DNA of 44,797 bases. It comes from a bacterium. GTDB taxonomy: Bacteria; Ratteibacteria; UBA8468; B48-G9; JAFGKM01. How positions within the stretch are numbered: position 1 is the stretch's first letter; every line of letters begins with the position of its first letter. The notes beneath the pieces are model-generated. The model saw only the letters and a program-made list of their open reading frames with translations. It was not told the DNA's origin and searched no databases. A program made the translations under genes and the position numbers. The stretch lies in contig JAOAEP010000069.1 in NCBI GenBank assembly GCA_026416755.1, positions 1 through 44,797 of the forward strand, in the 5' to 3' direction. Below are positions 1 through 9,490 of the stretch, one piece after another.

Positions 1-590
1 CCACCATGTTCTTTATTCCAAGGATTTCTCCCTATATCCCAACCATAATTCAACCAAGGCAAATTAATTCCAGAATTGATAACGAAATCTGTATTTCTTA
101 AATTTATTTTTTCTATTTTCTTTCCATCTACTGAAAGATAAATTTTTTCTCCTTTTTCATCAAAAACAAAGTAGTGATAAAAATTTCCCACAATTATTCT
201 TCTCAAAAGTTCTCCATTAAAAACTTCAAATAATCTTAAATCTGAATATCCGTTTTTATGGTAAATAACACCTACAACATAACTATTAGGATGCCAAGCA
301 ATACCTTTTATATCATTATTTTCTTCTTCCTCTCCCAAAGTATTAATTTCTTTCAAGAGTTGACCATTTTTTGAAAATATCCCTATCTTACCTGAATTAT
401 ATGGTTGTAATTGCCTTGTAAAATACTCCCCATTTAAAGAAAAGGCAACATCGGATGGATTTATACTGCCTTCTGGAGAAAATATTGCATCTTTTCTATT
501 TACAAATATATCACACTTTTCTTTTTCAATCGTAGAAATTTGAGAAATACAACCAGTTAGAAAAATAAATAGTAAAATATATTTTTTCAA
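1..590 (-). CDS. lipoprotein, truncated by the window edge (N-terminal ~196 aa present)
   Basis: Absent from the supplied ORF track because it has no stop in the window. The reverse strand from TTG (590-588) reads LKKYILLFIFLTGCISQ..., with an L-T-G-C lipobox, and the frame stays open to position 1. An in-frame TAA at 602-600 excludes an earlier start. It begins 1 nt after the stop of the upstream gene. The ...GINLPWLNYGWDIGRNPW end weakly resembles the start of a clan GH-A glycosidase barrel. Confidence 0.6.
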   Translation of the reverse strand, partial: MKKYILLFIFLTGCISQISTIEKEKCDIFVNRKDAIFSPEGSINPSDVAFSLNGEYFTRQLQPYNSGKIGIFSKNGQLLKEINTLGEEEENNDIKGIAWHPNSYVVGVIYHKNGYSDLRLFEVFNGELLRRIIVGNFYHYFVFDEKGEKIYLSVDGKKIEKINLRNTDFVINSGINLPWLNYGWDIGRNPWNKEHG

Positions 591-591
591 T

Positions 592-1311
592 TTATTTTTT
601 TAATTTATTTTTTTCTTTCTTTTCTATTACAATTTCTGATATTTCATAATCTTTCAAAAGTTTTATAAGTTTTTCTGCTTCTTGGGGAATTTTCACTTTA
701 TTTTTAAAAATTATATCCTTCAGTTTTAAATCTTTTTTTCCATAAAATTCTTCGTTTGCTTTATCATCAGAAAAAATTACTCCTCCTTCAATTGACATCC
801 CACCAAAAGCTCCTTTACTTCTACCATATGCAAGAATCCCTGTTCCTGGAGATACCTTACCTTCAAAATTCCTCCCAACAGGCCCAGCAGAAATTCCCAT
901 GTCTAATCCAAGTTTTATCTTTGAATTCACAAGCATTTCAAGACCATTTTCATTCATTATTAAAAGTATCAAATCTGTCATCTGTGCTCCTAATTGCCAT
1001 CCTAAACTCACCTCAATAGATGCGACAAATCCTGGAGCACTCCATGTTTCTTTTTCTTTATCTCTTGCAATAACTATTCCTTCACCCCCTTTCCCTGCGA
1101 GTAAGAAACCACCTTTAAATTGTCTCATAAAAATAATACCATAACATTCTTTTATAAGTGATAAGGGAATACCAATATCTGGTTGTCTTAACATATATTC
1201 AAGTAAATCTTCTGCAACCTTTATTCTTCTTATATATTTTTCTTTTGTGTCTGCAAAACCAAATAAAGATAGAAAAAGAAATGATAATAATAAAATTTTT
1301 TTGTATTTCAT
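592..1311 (-). CDS. SYLF (Ysc84/DUF500) lipid-binding domain protein with signal peptide
   Basis: 239-aa ORF with an N-terminal hydrophobic signal (LLLSFLFLSLFGFA). Gly-rich segments (FLLAGKGGEGIVIAR, GISAGPVGR, GGMSIEGG) are typical of the SYLF fold, recalled from memory. Confidence 0.55.
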   Translation of the reverse strand: MKYKKILLLSFLFLSLFGFADTKEKYIRRIKVAEDLLEYMLRQPDIGIPLSLIKECYGIIFMRQFKGGFLLAGKGGEGIVIARDKEKETWSAPGFVASIEVSLGWQLGAQMTDLILLIMNENGLEMLVNSKIKLGLDMGISAGPVGRNFEGKVSPGTGILAYGRSKGAFGGMSIEGGVIFSDDKANEEFYGKKDLKLKDIIFKNKVKIPQEAEKLIKLLKDYEISEIVIEKKEKNKLKK

Positions 1312-1350
1312 CTTATTCTCCTTTTATATAAATTTTAAAATAAATTGTTC

Positions 1351-1743
1351 TCAAGGTAAACCCTCCACAGCAATATATGTATCTTTCGGTGGCACAGAAA
1401 ATCCTTTTTCTTTCTTCATTATATCAAACTTGATAATTTTAAAATTTTTGTCAAGATAGTAAATTTTAATATCTTCTTTTACTGAACCATATCCCTGGTC
1501 CATATTTGTAAACATAACATTTTTAGGAATATTTGGAAAAATAATAATGGTGTTTTCCATTTCTTTTAAACTGGCTCCAGCAAAACCTTGATTTGAAAGA
1601 AATTCATTATTTGCAATTAAAATCCTTACATTTTTAAATTTCATCTGTGGCCAATTTTCAAATTTAATCCTTTGGTTTTTAGGTGAACATATAATACCTG
1701 TAATAAAACCTACTATAAAAATATAAATAATCTTTCTATTCAT
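1351..1743 (-). CDS. small membrane-anchored or exported protein, possibly DUF192-like
   Basis: 130-aa ORF with an N-terminal TM or signal segment. It overlaps the ridA stop by 4 nt. The resemblance to DUF192 is loose, so the product is uncertain. Confidence 0.4.
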   Translation of the reverse strand: MNRKIIYIFIVGFITGIICSPKNQRIKFENWPQMKFKNVRILIANNEFLSNQGFAGASLKEMENTIIIFPNIPKNVMFTNMDQGYGSVKEDIKIYYLDKNFKIIKFDIMKKEKGFSVPPKDTYIAVEGLP

Positions 1744-2126
1744 TTTCCCTCCGGAATCACAGCAATAACTTCAATTTCAATAAGAACATTTTTTGGTAGA
1801 TTAGAAACTTCAACTGTTGTCCGTGCTGGTTTATGTTTAAAATACTGTGCATAAATAAAATTCATATTCTCAAAATCTTTTATATTCTTCAAGTATACAG
1901 TAGTTTTAACTACATTTTCAAGTTTTAGTCCCGCTTTTTCTAAAATATTTTTAATATTTTCTATAACCTGTTTTGTTTGAACCAAAATATCCCCATCCAC
2001 CACTTGATTTGTTTCAGGATTAACAGGAATCTGCCCAGAAACAAAAATTAAATTCTTACAGATAACAGCCTGTGAATAAGGCCCAACTGGTAAAGGTGCT
2101 TTTTCTGTTATAATTCTTTCAAACAT
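1740..2126 (-). CDS. ridA: RidA/YjgF family reactive-intermediate deaminase
   Basis: 128 aa. Contains [12 protein letters not shown]...IFVSGQIP...TTVYL...ARTTVEV, which are classic RidA family motifs. Confidence 0.9.
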   Translation of the reverse strand: MFERIITEKAPLPVGPYSQAVICKNLIFVSGQIPVNPETNQVVDGDILVQTKQVIENIKNILEKAGLKLENVVKTTVYLKNIKDFENMNFIYAQYFKHKPARTTVEVSNLPKNVLIEIEVIAVIPEGK

Positions 2127-2578
2127 TTTTTTATCTCTTCAATTTTTTCATCAATTTTTTTACCTTTTATTTGAATTTTCCCTATTATTTTTCCACCTTT
2201 CTCTTGAACATATTTTCCAAATTCATTCATTGCTTTATCTTTTAAAAAACCACTGCCATAAGTTGTAAAAAGAAAAACCTTTTTTCCAGTTAGGTCAATT
2301 TCCTCTATAAACTTTCTGATATATGGCGTAATTTTCCCTACCCAAACAGGTGTTCCTAAAAATATAATTTCATAATTTGAAAGATTCGGAACCTTTTCAA
2401 TTTCTACTTTTTTTTCAAAAAGAGTATCAAAACAGTTTCTAAAAAAACTCTTTTTTTTATCACATGCTATTTCAAATAAACTGATGTCATAATTTTTTGA
2501 TTTAAGTGTTTCATATATCTTTACAGCAAGTTTTTTAGTATTACCTGTTAAAGAGAGATAGATTACAATGATTTTCAT
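2108..2578 (-). CDS. flavodoxin family protein
   Basis: 156 aa. The N-terminus [18 protein letters not shown] carries the flavodoxin FMN phosphate-binding loop (S/T-x-T-G-N-T). Confidence 0.75.
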   Translation of the reverse strand: MKIIVIYLSLTGNTKKLAVKIYETLKSKNYDISLFEIACDKKKSFFRNCFDTLFEKKVEIEKVPNLSNYEIIFLGTPVWVGKITPYIRKFIEEIDLTGKKVFLFTTYGSGFLKDKAMNEFGKYVQEKGGKIIGKIQIKGKKIDEKIEEIKKCLKEL

Positions 2579-2635
2579 TAATTAAATTATAACACAAAGG
2601 GATAAAAATTTGAAAAAATTTTTAAAATGATTGCT

Positions 2636-3730
2636 TCAATAATCTCTTAATTTTACACCTGTTTCAACAAATACTTTATAATTTTCAATGTGCCGTGGCA
2701 AGAGAACAGGAAAAGTATTTGGTGTGGACGTTGGACATAATACAAATCCACCTCCTGGTTTCCCTTCTTCTATAATTTTCTCCACAATCTCTTTCATTTG
2801 TTGTGGTCTTAAAGTATCAAAATAACCATCTTCTACTCCTCCTTCAAGACACATTTTACCTTTACATATTCTTTTCATTTCTTTTAATGTGATTTTTGAA
2901 ACTGGAGGAGGTTCTACTGGATTCAAACAATCAACTCCCATTTCTATAAACCTTTCTATAACAGGTGCCATATCTCCATGACAGTGAACCCAAACCAATT
3001 TGTTCTCATTATGGATTAAATCAATTAATTTTTTATCATAATTAAAAACAAACTCCATAAAATCTCTCAGAGAAGCAAGTGGTGGTATACATAATTCTGG
3101 CCCAACATATCCAAAACCGTCTCCAATTTTTTTAGAAAGAATATATTTAACATATCTTTCTATTTTTTTAAATTCTCTTTCAACCATTTTATGTAAAGTT
3201 TCTCTATAATCATAGAGAAAATAACTGAAAATTTCTGAACCCATATATCTGTGGATAGCATACATTGCCTCATCAATACCAATTAATATTAACCCTCTTT
3301 CTCCAACTTTTTTCTCAAATTCAAAGTATGAATCAATCTTAGGTAATTCATCAGTTTCTGGTAAGGCAAAGTATTTTTCTACATCCTTTATATCTTCAAT
3401 AAAATGTTTTATCACTCTTCCAGTAGAACCATCAAGTTTATATTTTGAAATTTGAGTTAGATTTCCTTTTGGAGTTTTAATTTTTGTAATTATCTCTTTC
3501 ATATCACCCACAATTTTTTCTTCACTTTCAACTTCATATGGTAAAGAAGGCCATTCTTCTCTTTGAGGATGCCATATTTCAATTGTTTCAAGGTCATATT
3601 TTTCAACTAGTTCACATAAAGGTTTAAAATTTTCAAAAGGGAAAATTGGACTTACCCCCCATATTCTTATGGGCATTCTATCAACTTCTTCACATTTAAA
3701 AACTCTTTTAAGACGTTCTCTATGCGTCAT
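2636..3730 (-). CDS. uroporphyrinogen decarboxylase (URO-D) family protein, MtaA/CmuA-like
   Basis: 364 aa. The length and the N-terminal ERLKRVFKCEEVDRMPI pattern, plus the C-terminal H-C-H-G...NP.EPP region, are typical of URO-D-like TIM barrels. Confidence 0.65.
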   Translation of the reverse strand: MTHRERLKRVFKCEEVDRMPIRIWGVSPIFPFENFKPLCELVEKYDLETIEIWHPQREEWPSLPYEVESEEKIVGDMKEIITKIKTPKGNLTQISKYKLDGSTGRVIKHFIEDIKDVEKYFALPETDELPKIDSYFEFEKKVGERGLILIGIDEAMYAIHRYMGSEIFSYFLYDYRETLHKMVEREFKKIERYVKYILSKKIGDGFGYVGPELCIPPLASLRDFMEFVFNYDKKLIDLIHNENKLVWVHCHGDMAPVIERFIEMGVDCLNPVEPPPVSKITLKEMKRICKGKMCLEGGVEDGYFDTLRPQQMKEIVEKIIEEGKPGGGFVLCPTSTPNTFPVLLPRHIENYKVFVETGVKLRDY

Positions 3731-4548
3731 TTATAAAAAACATTTCTATATTCTGGCACTACATCTTGAACAAATTTCCTCATTCCTTCTGCTGTTTTAT
3801 TATGAACAAGCATTTCTGAAAGGACATAAAATGGAACTGTGGCTATATGAACTCCTGTTTGAGCAAGTTCTCTAACTTGTCTTGAATTTCTTATAGAAGC
3901 GGCAATAATTTCTGTCTCAAAATTGTATTTATTAAAGACATCTACAATTTTTCTTACAAGGTCAACTCCACTTAAAATTCCTTCATCGTTAATTACTTCC
4001 TCTTTAAACTTTATCCCATTTTCTGGATAATAATCTTCTTTTTTAAAATCATTCCATTTTATTTTATTCCTTAAATAATCATCAATTCTTCCTGCAAAAG
4101 GACTTACATATTTTGCTCCTGCCTTACTTGCTAAAATTGCCTGTTCAACTTTCATTATTAAAGTTACATTCACAGGAATCCCATCCTTTGATAATTTATA
4201 AATTGTTTTCAATCCATCATAATTCCCTTTTTCCCCTAAAGATGGATTTATAGGAATTTTTATAACTACATTATTTGAAATTTTATTAAATTTTTCATAA
4301 AGAATTTTGGCTTCTTTATACATCTCTTCAAAATTAGATCCTATCACTTCTAAACTAACAGGAAATCCTTTTGCAATTTCAAGTATATTTTTTATATACG
4401 TTTCAATATCTATTTTCTCACCTTTATTTTTTAATTCATCAAGTGCACTCTTTATTAAAGAAGGATTTGTGGTAACTCCATCAATTATACCCCAAGAAAA
4501 TGCTTCTTGGATTTCATCTATTTTTGCAGTGTCTATAAATATCTTCAT
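3727..4548 (-). CDS. transaldolase / fructose-6-phosphate aldolase family protein
   Basis: Motifs MKIFIDTAKIDEI...GVTTNPSL...VVIKIP (Schiff-base Lys)...SPFAGRIDD. The start is moved to the ATG at 4548 because an AAGGAG lies 7 nt upstream, whereas the track start at 4572 has no SD. Confidence 0.8.
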   Translation of the reverse strand: MKIFIDTAKIDEIQEAFSWGIIDGVTTNPSLIKSALDELKNKGEKIDIETYIKNILEIAKGFPVSLEVIGSNFEEMYKEAKILYEKFNKISNNVVIKIPINPSLGEKGNYDGLKTIYKLSKDGIPVNVTLIMKVEQAILASKAGAKYVSPFAGRIDDYLRNKIKWNDFKKEDYYPENGIKFKEEVINDEGILSGVDLVRKIVDVFNKYNFETEIIAASIRNSRQVRELAQTGVHIATVPFYVLSEMLVHNKTAEGMRKFVQDVVPEYRNVFYK

Positions 4549-4615
4549 CTTAATCTCCTTTTTTAATATCAAGATTTTACTTTAAATGTATTTGAAAATC
4601 AATTATAATTTTTTT

Positions 4616-5750
4616 ATGAAGATAGTTATATGTCCAAATTCCTTTAAAGGGTGTTTAAATTCTATTGAAATTACAGAAATTATTGTAAAAGAAATTAAAA
4701 ATTTTATGTTATGCAAAAATTTTTAAATTTCCTATTGCAGATGGAGGGGATGGAACACTTGAAGTTTTAAAAAAATTAATTGGTGGTGAATATATCGAAG
4801 TCATAGCAACTGACCCTCTTGGAAGAAAAATAAAAACAAAATATCTCAAGAAAGGAGATGTGGCCTTCATTGAAATGGCTAAAGTTTCAGGTCTATCATT
4901 ACTTAAGGAAAATGAAAAAAACCCTCTAAAAACAACTACTTTTGGATTAGGTGAAATGATAAATAATGCTATAAAAAAAGGATTTAAAAAAATTTATATA
5001 GGAGTTGGAGGAAGTGCTACAAATGATGGAGGAATTGGGGCTTTAACTGCTCTTGGATTTAAATTTATAGATAAATATGGAAAAATCATTTTTCCTGGAA
5101 AAGGAGAAGACATTTTAAATATAAAAAAAATTGAATTTCCCTATAATTATGAAGATTTTAAAAAAATTAAATTTATTATTCTCTCAGATGTTAAAAATCC
5201 CTTATATGGAAAAAGAGGCGCTTCATATGTTTACGCTCCACAAAAAGGTGCAACAGAAGAGATAGTAAAACTTCTTGATAAAGGATTGAAAAATTATGGG
5301 AAAATTATTAAGGAATATACTGGTATTGAAGTAAATAAGATTAAAGGTTCTGGTGCCGCAGGTGGAGTTGTGGCAGGGTTTATTTCTTTTCTAAATACAA
5401 CTATTCTATCAGGTGTGGAAGAAATTTTAAAAATTGGAAATTTCAAAAAGAAGATAAAGAATGTAAATCTAATGATTACAGGAGAAGGGAAAATAGACAA
5501 ACAGACATTTTATGGAAAAGGAGTTGGTACCATTTTAAATTATTCACTTAAATATAAAATACCCACTATAATTATTGCAGGAATTATAGAAAAAGAATTT
5601 TACCAGATTATAAAAAGTCCTTACATTTCGCTGTTTTCTATTACTCAAGGACCTGTGACATTAGAGGAATCTATAAAAAATGCTAAAGAATACCTAACAA
5701 TTAAAATACGAGAACTATCAAAATTAATCTTTTCTGTCTGCAGATTGTAA
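4616..5750 (+). pseudogene. glxK: glycerate kinase interrupted by a frameshift (pseudogene, assembly error or slippage)
   Basis: The ATG at 4616 opens MKIVICPNSFKGCLNSIEITEIIVKEIKNFMLCKNF and stops at TAA 4724-4726. A different frame, open from 4689, continues FPIADGGDGTLEVL...GVGGSATNDGG...GEGKID to 5750. Together these form a complete glycerate kinase. Removing one T from the T5 run at 4720-4724 restores ...CKNFKFPIADGGDG.... Confidence 0.75.
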
Positions 5751-6236
5751 ATTTTTTAAATGTATATTATATACTTTAAACCATTCATCATCATCTACTC
5801 CTTTGACTTCCCCATCTACAAAAACTACATGTCTTATGTTTTTCCTGCCACAGGAATTTTTATGATTTTCACCTTTTTCATACAGAAGAAGTAATTCAGA
5901 AGGACTTTTTTTAGTCAACCCTTTATTATAAATATAACAAACTTCAAAGTTTTTGAGAATATCTTCTTCTTTAATCTTTTTTGATTTAGATGGACAAATA
6001 AAAACCTTTAAGTTATTTACATATTTTGGATAAAGCATGGATAGTTCAACAGGATAAAAACCATCATAATCTCTTGCATATTGACTGAGTGCTATACTTA
6101 TAATTTTTACATTTGAAAAACAAATGGCAACTCTTATACATTTTCTCGCATTATATAAAGCAGGAAATAAGAGAAAGGAAATCAAAAAAAATATTACAAT
6201 AAGAAGGATAAATATTTTTAATTTTTTACTATACAT
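5724..6236 (-). CDS. pseudopilin-like protein (H-X9-DG/DUF1559-like) lacking a prepilin cleavage motif
   Basis: 170 aa. LFPALYNARKCIRVAICFSNVKIISIALSQYARDYDGFYP mirrors the LLPAL.KAREKAR...C.SNLKQIGLAL..YA.DYDG helix of type II/IV pseudopilin-like proteins. The C-terminal RHVVFVDGEV resembles their NVLF.DG.V end. No G-FTLIE motif is present. Confidence 0.45.
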   Translation of the reverse strand: MYSKKLKIFILLIVIFFLISFLLFPALYNARKCIRVAICFSNVKIISIALSQYARDYDGFYPVELSMLYPKYVNNLKVFICPSKSKKIKEEDILKNFEVCYIYNKGLTKKSPSELLLLYEKGENHKNSCGRKNIRHVVFVDGEVKGVDDDEWFKVYNIHLKNLQSADRKD

Positions 6237-6319
6237 ATTTTTAAATCCTGTTTTTAAACGGATTTTTACTAAAATATTATACTTTCAAATCAAAATTTTC
6301 TAAATATAAATAAAGAAGA

Positions 6320-6348
6320 TTGACAAAAATCTCTCAAAAAGGTAAATT
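6320..6348 (+). promoter_or_regulatory. candidate sigma-70-type promoter for nrdJ
   Basis: TTGACA (6320-6325), a 17-nt spacer, then TAAATT (6343-6348). The nrdJ ATG is 8 nt after the -10 element. Consensus match only. Confidence 0.35.
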
Positions 6349-6356
6349 TAATATCA

Positions 6357-8417
6357 ATGGTTGAATATATAAGAAAAAGGGATGGAACCCTTGAAAAATT
6401 CCTACCAGAAAAAATAGAATTTGCAATTTATAAGGCCTTAAAATCAGAAAATATTGATGATTTAAATCTTGCAAATAAATTAACATTACAAGTTATTGAA
6501 AAAATAAATAAAGAAAAAATCCCAACAGTTGAAGATATTCAAGATATAGTTGAAGAGGTCCTAATTAAAAACGGTCTATATAATGTTGCAAAAAGTTATA
6601 TCCTTTATAGGGAAAAAAGAAAAGAAATCAGAGAACATAAAAAAATCCTTGGAATTGAGGATAGATTAAAACTTTCTGTAAATGCTATCAATGTTTTGAG
6701 AAAAAGATATTTATTAAGAAATGAAAAAGGCGAAATTATTGAAAGCCCTGAAGAACTTTTTAGAAGAGTATCTAGACATGTTGCTTCTTGTGAAAGAGAA
6801 AAAAATAAATATGAAGAAGAATTTTTCAATATTATGAGAAACCTTGAATTTTTACCCAATTCTCCAACTTTAATGAATGCAGGAACCTCTCTTGGACAAC
6901 TTTCTGCATGTTTTGTTTTACCTGTTGAAGATTCAATAGATGGTATATTTACTACCTTAAAAAATATGGCTATTATTCATAAAAGTGGAGGCGGTACTGG
7001 TTTTTCATTTTCAAGAATAAGACCAAAAGGAGATATTGTTGGTTCTACAAAAGGAATTGCCTCTGGACCAATTTCTTTTATGGAAATTTATGATAAAGCA
7101 ACTGAGATTGTAAAACAAGGCGGCAAAAGAAGAGGTGCTAATATGGGAATTTTAAATTGTAATCATCCAGATATCTATGATTTTATTATTTCAAAAAGAA
7201 AAAATATTCTTACAAATTTTAATATTTCAGTAGCAGTAACAGATGAATTTATGGTAAAAGTATTGAATAAAGAAAAATATTCTCTTATTAATCCAAGAAA
7301 TGGAGAAAAAGTAAGAGAGGTTTATGCAAATGAGATTTTTGACTTAATTGTTCAAACTGCCTGGGAAACAGGGGACCCTGGAATTATATATATTGATGAA
7401 ATAAATAGACATAATCCAACACCTGAAATTGGTAAAATCGAAAGCACAAATCCTTGTGGGGAACAACCTTTACTTCCTTATGAATCATGTAATCTTGGTT
7501 CAATAAATTTAACAAAAGTAGTAGAGGATGGAAAAATAAATTGGGAAAAACTTGGAAAAATTATTCATATAGCGATAAGATTTCTTGATGATGTAATTGA
7601 AGTTAATAACTATCCTATACCTGAAATAGAAAAAATAACAAAAAATAATAGGAAAATTGGACTTGGAATTATGGGGTGGGCTGATTTTCTTTTCGAACTA
7701 AATATCCCTTATGGAAATGAAGAAAGTTTTATTTTGGCTGAAAACTTAATGAAATTTATAAATGAAAATGCTTTTAAATATTCAGTTTTACTTGGACGAG
7801 AAAAAGGTTCTTTCCCTAACTTTGAAAAATCAATTTATTATGGAAAAGTAGATAGTTTAAGAAATGCGACCAGAACTACAATTGCCCCTACTGGAAGTAT
7901 AAGTATAATTGCAAATTGTTCAAGCGGAATTGAACCTGTTTTTGGTATTGCTTTTATAAGAAATATTCTTGAAGGGACTAAATTTGTTGAAATAAATCCT
8001 ATATTTGAAAAATTGGCTAAAAAAGAAGGTATTTTAAATCCTTTTATTGTAAGACAGATTATAAAAAATGGTTCTTTAAAGGATATAAAAGAAATCCCAG
8101 AAAATTATAAAAAGATATTTCTAACTGCTCTTGACATTCCTCCTTTGACTCATCTTAAAATGCAAGCAGTTTTTCAAAAATATACTGACAATGCTGTATC
8201 AAAAACAATAAATCTTCCTTATGAAGCAACAATTAATGATGTTAAAGAAATTTTTATCAACGGATGGAAATTGAAAGTTAAAGGAATTACTGTATTTAGA
8301 TATGGAAGTAAGGAAAGGCAAGTATTATATTATGGAGAAGATTTTAAGGAAGAATTAGATTATTTTGTAATTGGAGAAGAAGTTTCAAGTTGTTCAAAAG
8401 GAATTTGTTTTTATTAA
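6357..8417 (+). CDS. nrdJ: adenosylcobalamin-dependent ribonucleotide reductase (class II) with N-terminal ATP-cone
   Basis: 686 aa. ATP-cone (VEYIRKRDGTLEKF), NSPTLMNAG, LSACFVL, GGGTGFSFS..RPKG and TNPCGEQPL motifs are present. Confidence 0.9.
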   Translation: MVEYIRKRDGTLEKFLPEKIEFAIYKALKSENIDDLNLANKLTLQVIEKINKEKIPTVEDIQDIVEEVLIKNGLYNVAKSYILYREKRKEIREHKKILGIEDRLKLSVNAINVLRKRYLLRNEKGEIIESPEELFRRVSRHVASCEREKNKYEEEFFNIMRNLEFLPNSPTLMNAGTSLGQLSACFVLPVEDSIDGIFTTLKNMAIIHKSGGGTGFSFSRIRPKGDIVGSTKGIASGPISFMEIYDKATEIVKQGGKRRGANMGILNCNHPDIYDFIISKRKNILTNFNISVAVTDEFMVKVLNKEKYSLINPRNGEKVREVYANEIFDLIVQTAWETGDPGIIYIDEINRHNPTPEIGKIESTNPCGEQPLLPYESCNLGSINLTKVVEDGKINWEKLGKIIHIAIRFLDDVIEVNNYPIPEIEKITKNNRKIGLGIMGWADFLFELNIPYGNEESFILAENLMKFINENAFKYSVLLGREKGSFPNFEKSIYYGKVDSLRNATRTTIAPTGSISIIANCSSGIEPVFGIAFIRNILEGTKFVEINPIFEKLAKKEGILNPFIVRQIIKNGSLKDIKEIPENYKKIFLTALDIPPLTHLKMQAVFQKYTDNAVSKTINLPYEATINDVKEIFINGWKLKVKGITVFRYGSKERQVLYYGEDFKEELDYFVIGEEVSSCSKGICFY

Positions 8418-8441
8418 AATAAGTTAAAATAAGGAGAGTAA

Positions 8442-9455
8442 ATGGAAATTGCAAAATGGTGGAAAAAAATTGGAAATGAAAAAGTCCAATGTTATCTTTG
8501 TAATCATTTTTGTATAATTGAGATTGATAAAACTGGAAAATGTGGAGTTAGATTAAACAGAAATGGAGTTCTTTATTCTCTTGTTTACGGAGAAATTATT
8601 GCTGAAAATATAGATCCTATTGAAAAAAAGCCCTTTTATCATTTTTTTCCAGGAAGTTTTTCTTTTTCAATTGCTACATGTGGATGTAATTTTTTCTGCC
8701 CTTTCTGCCAAAATAGCGATATTTCTCATCCACCAAAAGAAGGGAGAATTTTTACAATGAAAAAAAGGAAACCTGAAGAAATAGTAAAACTTGCAAAAAA
8801 TTATAATTGTATTTCTATTTCATATACTTATACAGAACCAACAGTTTTCGGAGAATTTGCTTTAGATACTTGTAAAATTGCTAAAGAAAATGGACTTTAT
8901 AATAATTTTGTAACAAATGGTTATATGAGTAAGGAATTTTTGAAAGATATTTCTGAGTTTTTAGATGCAGCAAATGTTGACTTAAAAGGAGATGAAAAAT
9001 TTTATAAAAAATTACCACAAGCAAATCAAAAGTTTGTTCTTGAGAATATTGAATTAATGAGAAAATTAAATATATGGGTAGAAGTAACAACTCTTTTAAT
9101 TCCTGAATATAATGATAAAGAGGACCAAATAAGAGAAGTTGCTAGAAAAATCAAAAATATAGAGAAAACAATTCCTTGGCATGTAAGTAGGTTTTTCCCT
9201 GCATATAAAATGGCAAACCATTATCCAACTGAAATTGAAAAAGTAAAAAGAGCAAGAGAAATTGGTTATGAAGAAGGATTGATTTATGTTTATACTGGTA
9301 ATATTGTTGGAGATGAAGGGGAAAATACTTATTGCCCAAAATGTAAAAATCTATTGATAGAAAGATATGGATATAGAATTATAAAGAAAGAAATAAAAAC
9401 TAATAGATGCAATTTTTGTGGTGAAATAATAGATGGTGTTTTTGAAAAAAAATAA
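8442..9455 (+). CDS. amrS: AmmeMemoRadiSam system radical SAM enzyme
   Basis: 337 aa. Contains C.LC...C.I......CGVR.N..G, DPIEKKPFYHF.PGS and the CGCNFFCPFCQN radical SAM cluster, plus a C-terminal CPKC...C.FCG ribbon. An AAGGAGAG SD lies upstream. Confidence 0.8.
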   Translation: MEIAKWWKKIGNEKVQCYLCNHFCIIEIDKTGKCGVRLNRNGVLYSLVYGEIIAENIDPIEKKPFYHFFPGSFSFSIATCGCNFFCPFCQNSDISHPPKEGRIFTMKKRKPEEIVKLAKNYNCISISYTYTEPTVFGEFALDTCKIAKENGLYNNFVTNGYMSKEFLKDISEFLDAANVDLKGDEKFYKKLPQANQKFVLENIELMRKLNIWVEVTTLLIPEYNDKEDQIREVARKIKNIEKTIPWHVSRFFPAYKMANHYPTEIEKVKRAREIGYEEGLIYVYTGNIVGDEGENTYCPKCKNLLIERYGYRIIKKEIKTNRCNFCGEIIDGVFEKK

Positions 9456-9490
9456 AAAAGATTTATAATAAGAATTAAAAGGAGGTGGGT

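Noticed and set aside
6243-6265. The inverted repeat AAATCC-11 nt-GGATTT followed by Ts, between the pseudopilin-like gene and nrdJ, could be a terminator or riboswitch stem.
   Set aside because: It has only 6 AT-rich base pairs with an 11-nt loop. No gene ends upstream of it on either strand in the right orientation. It is too weak to call.
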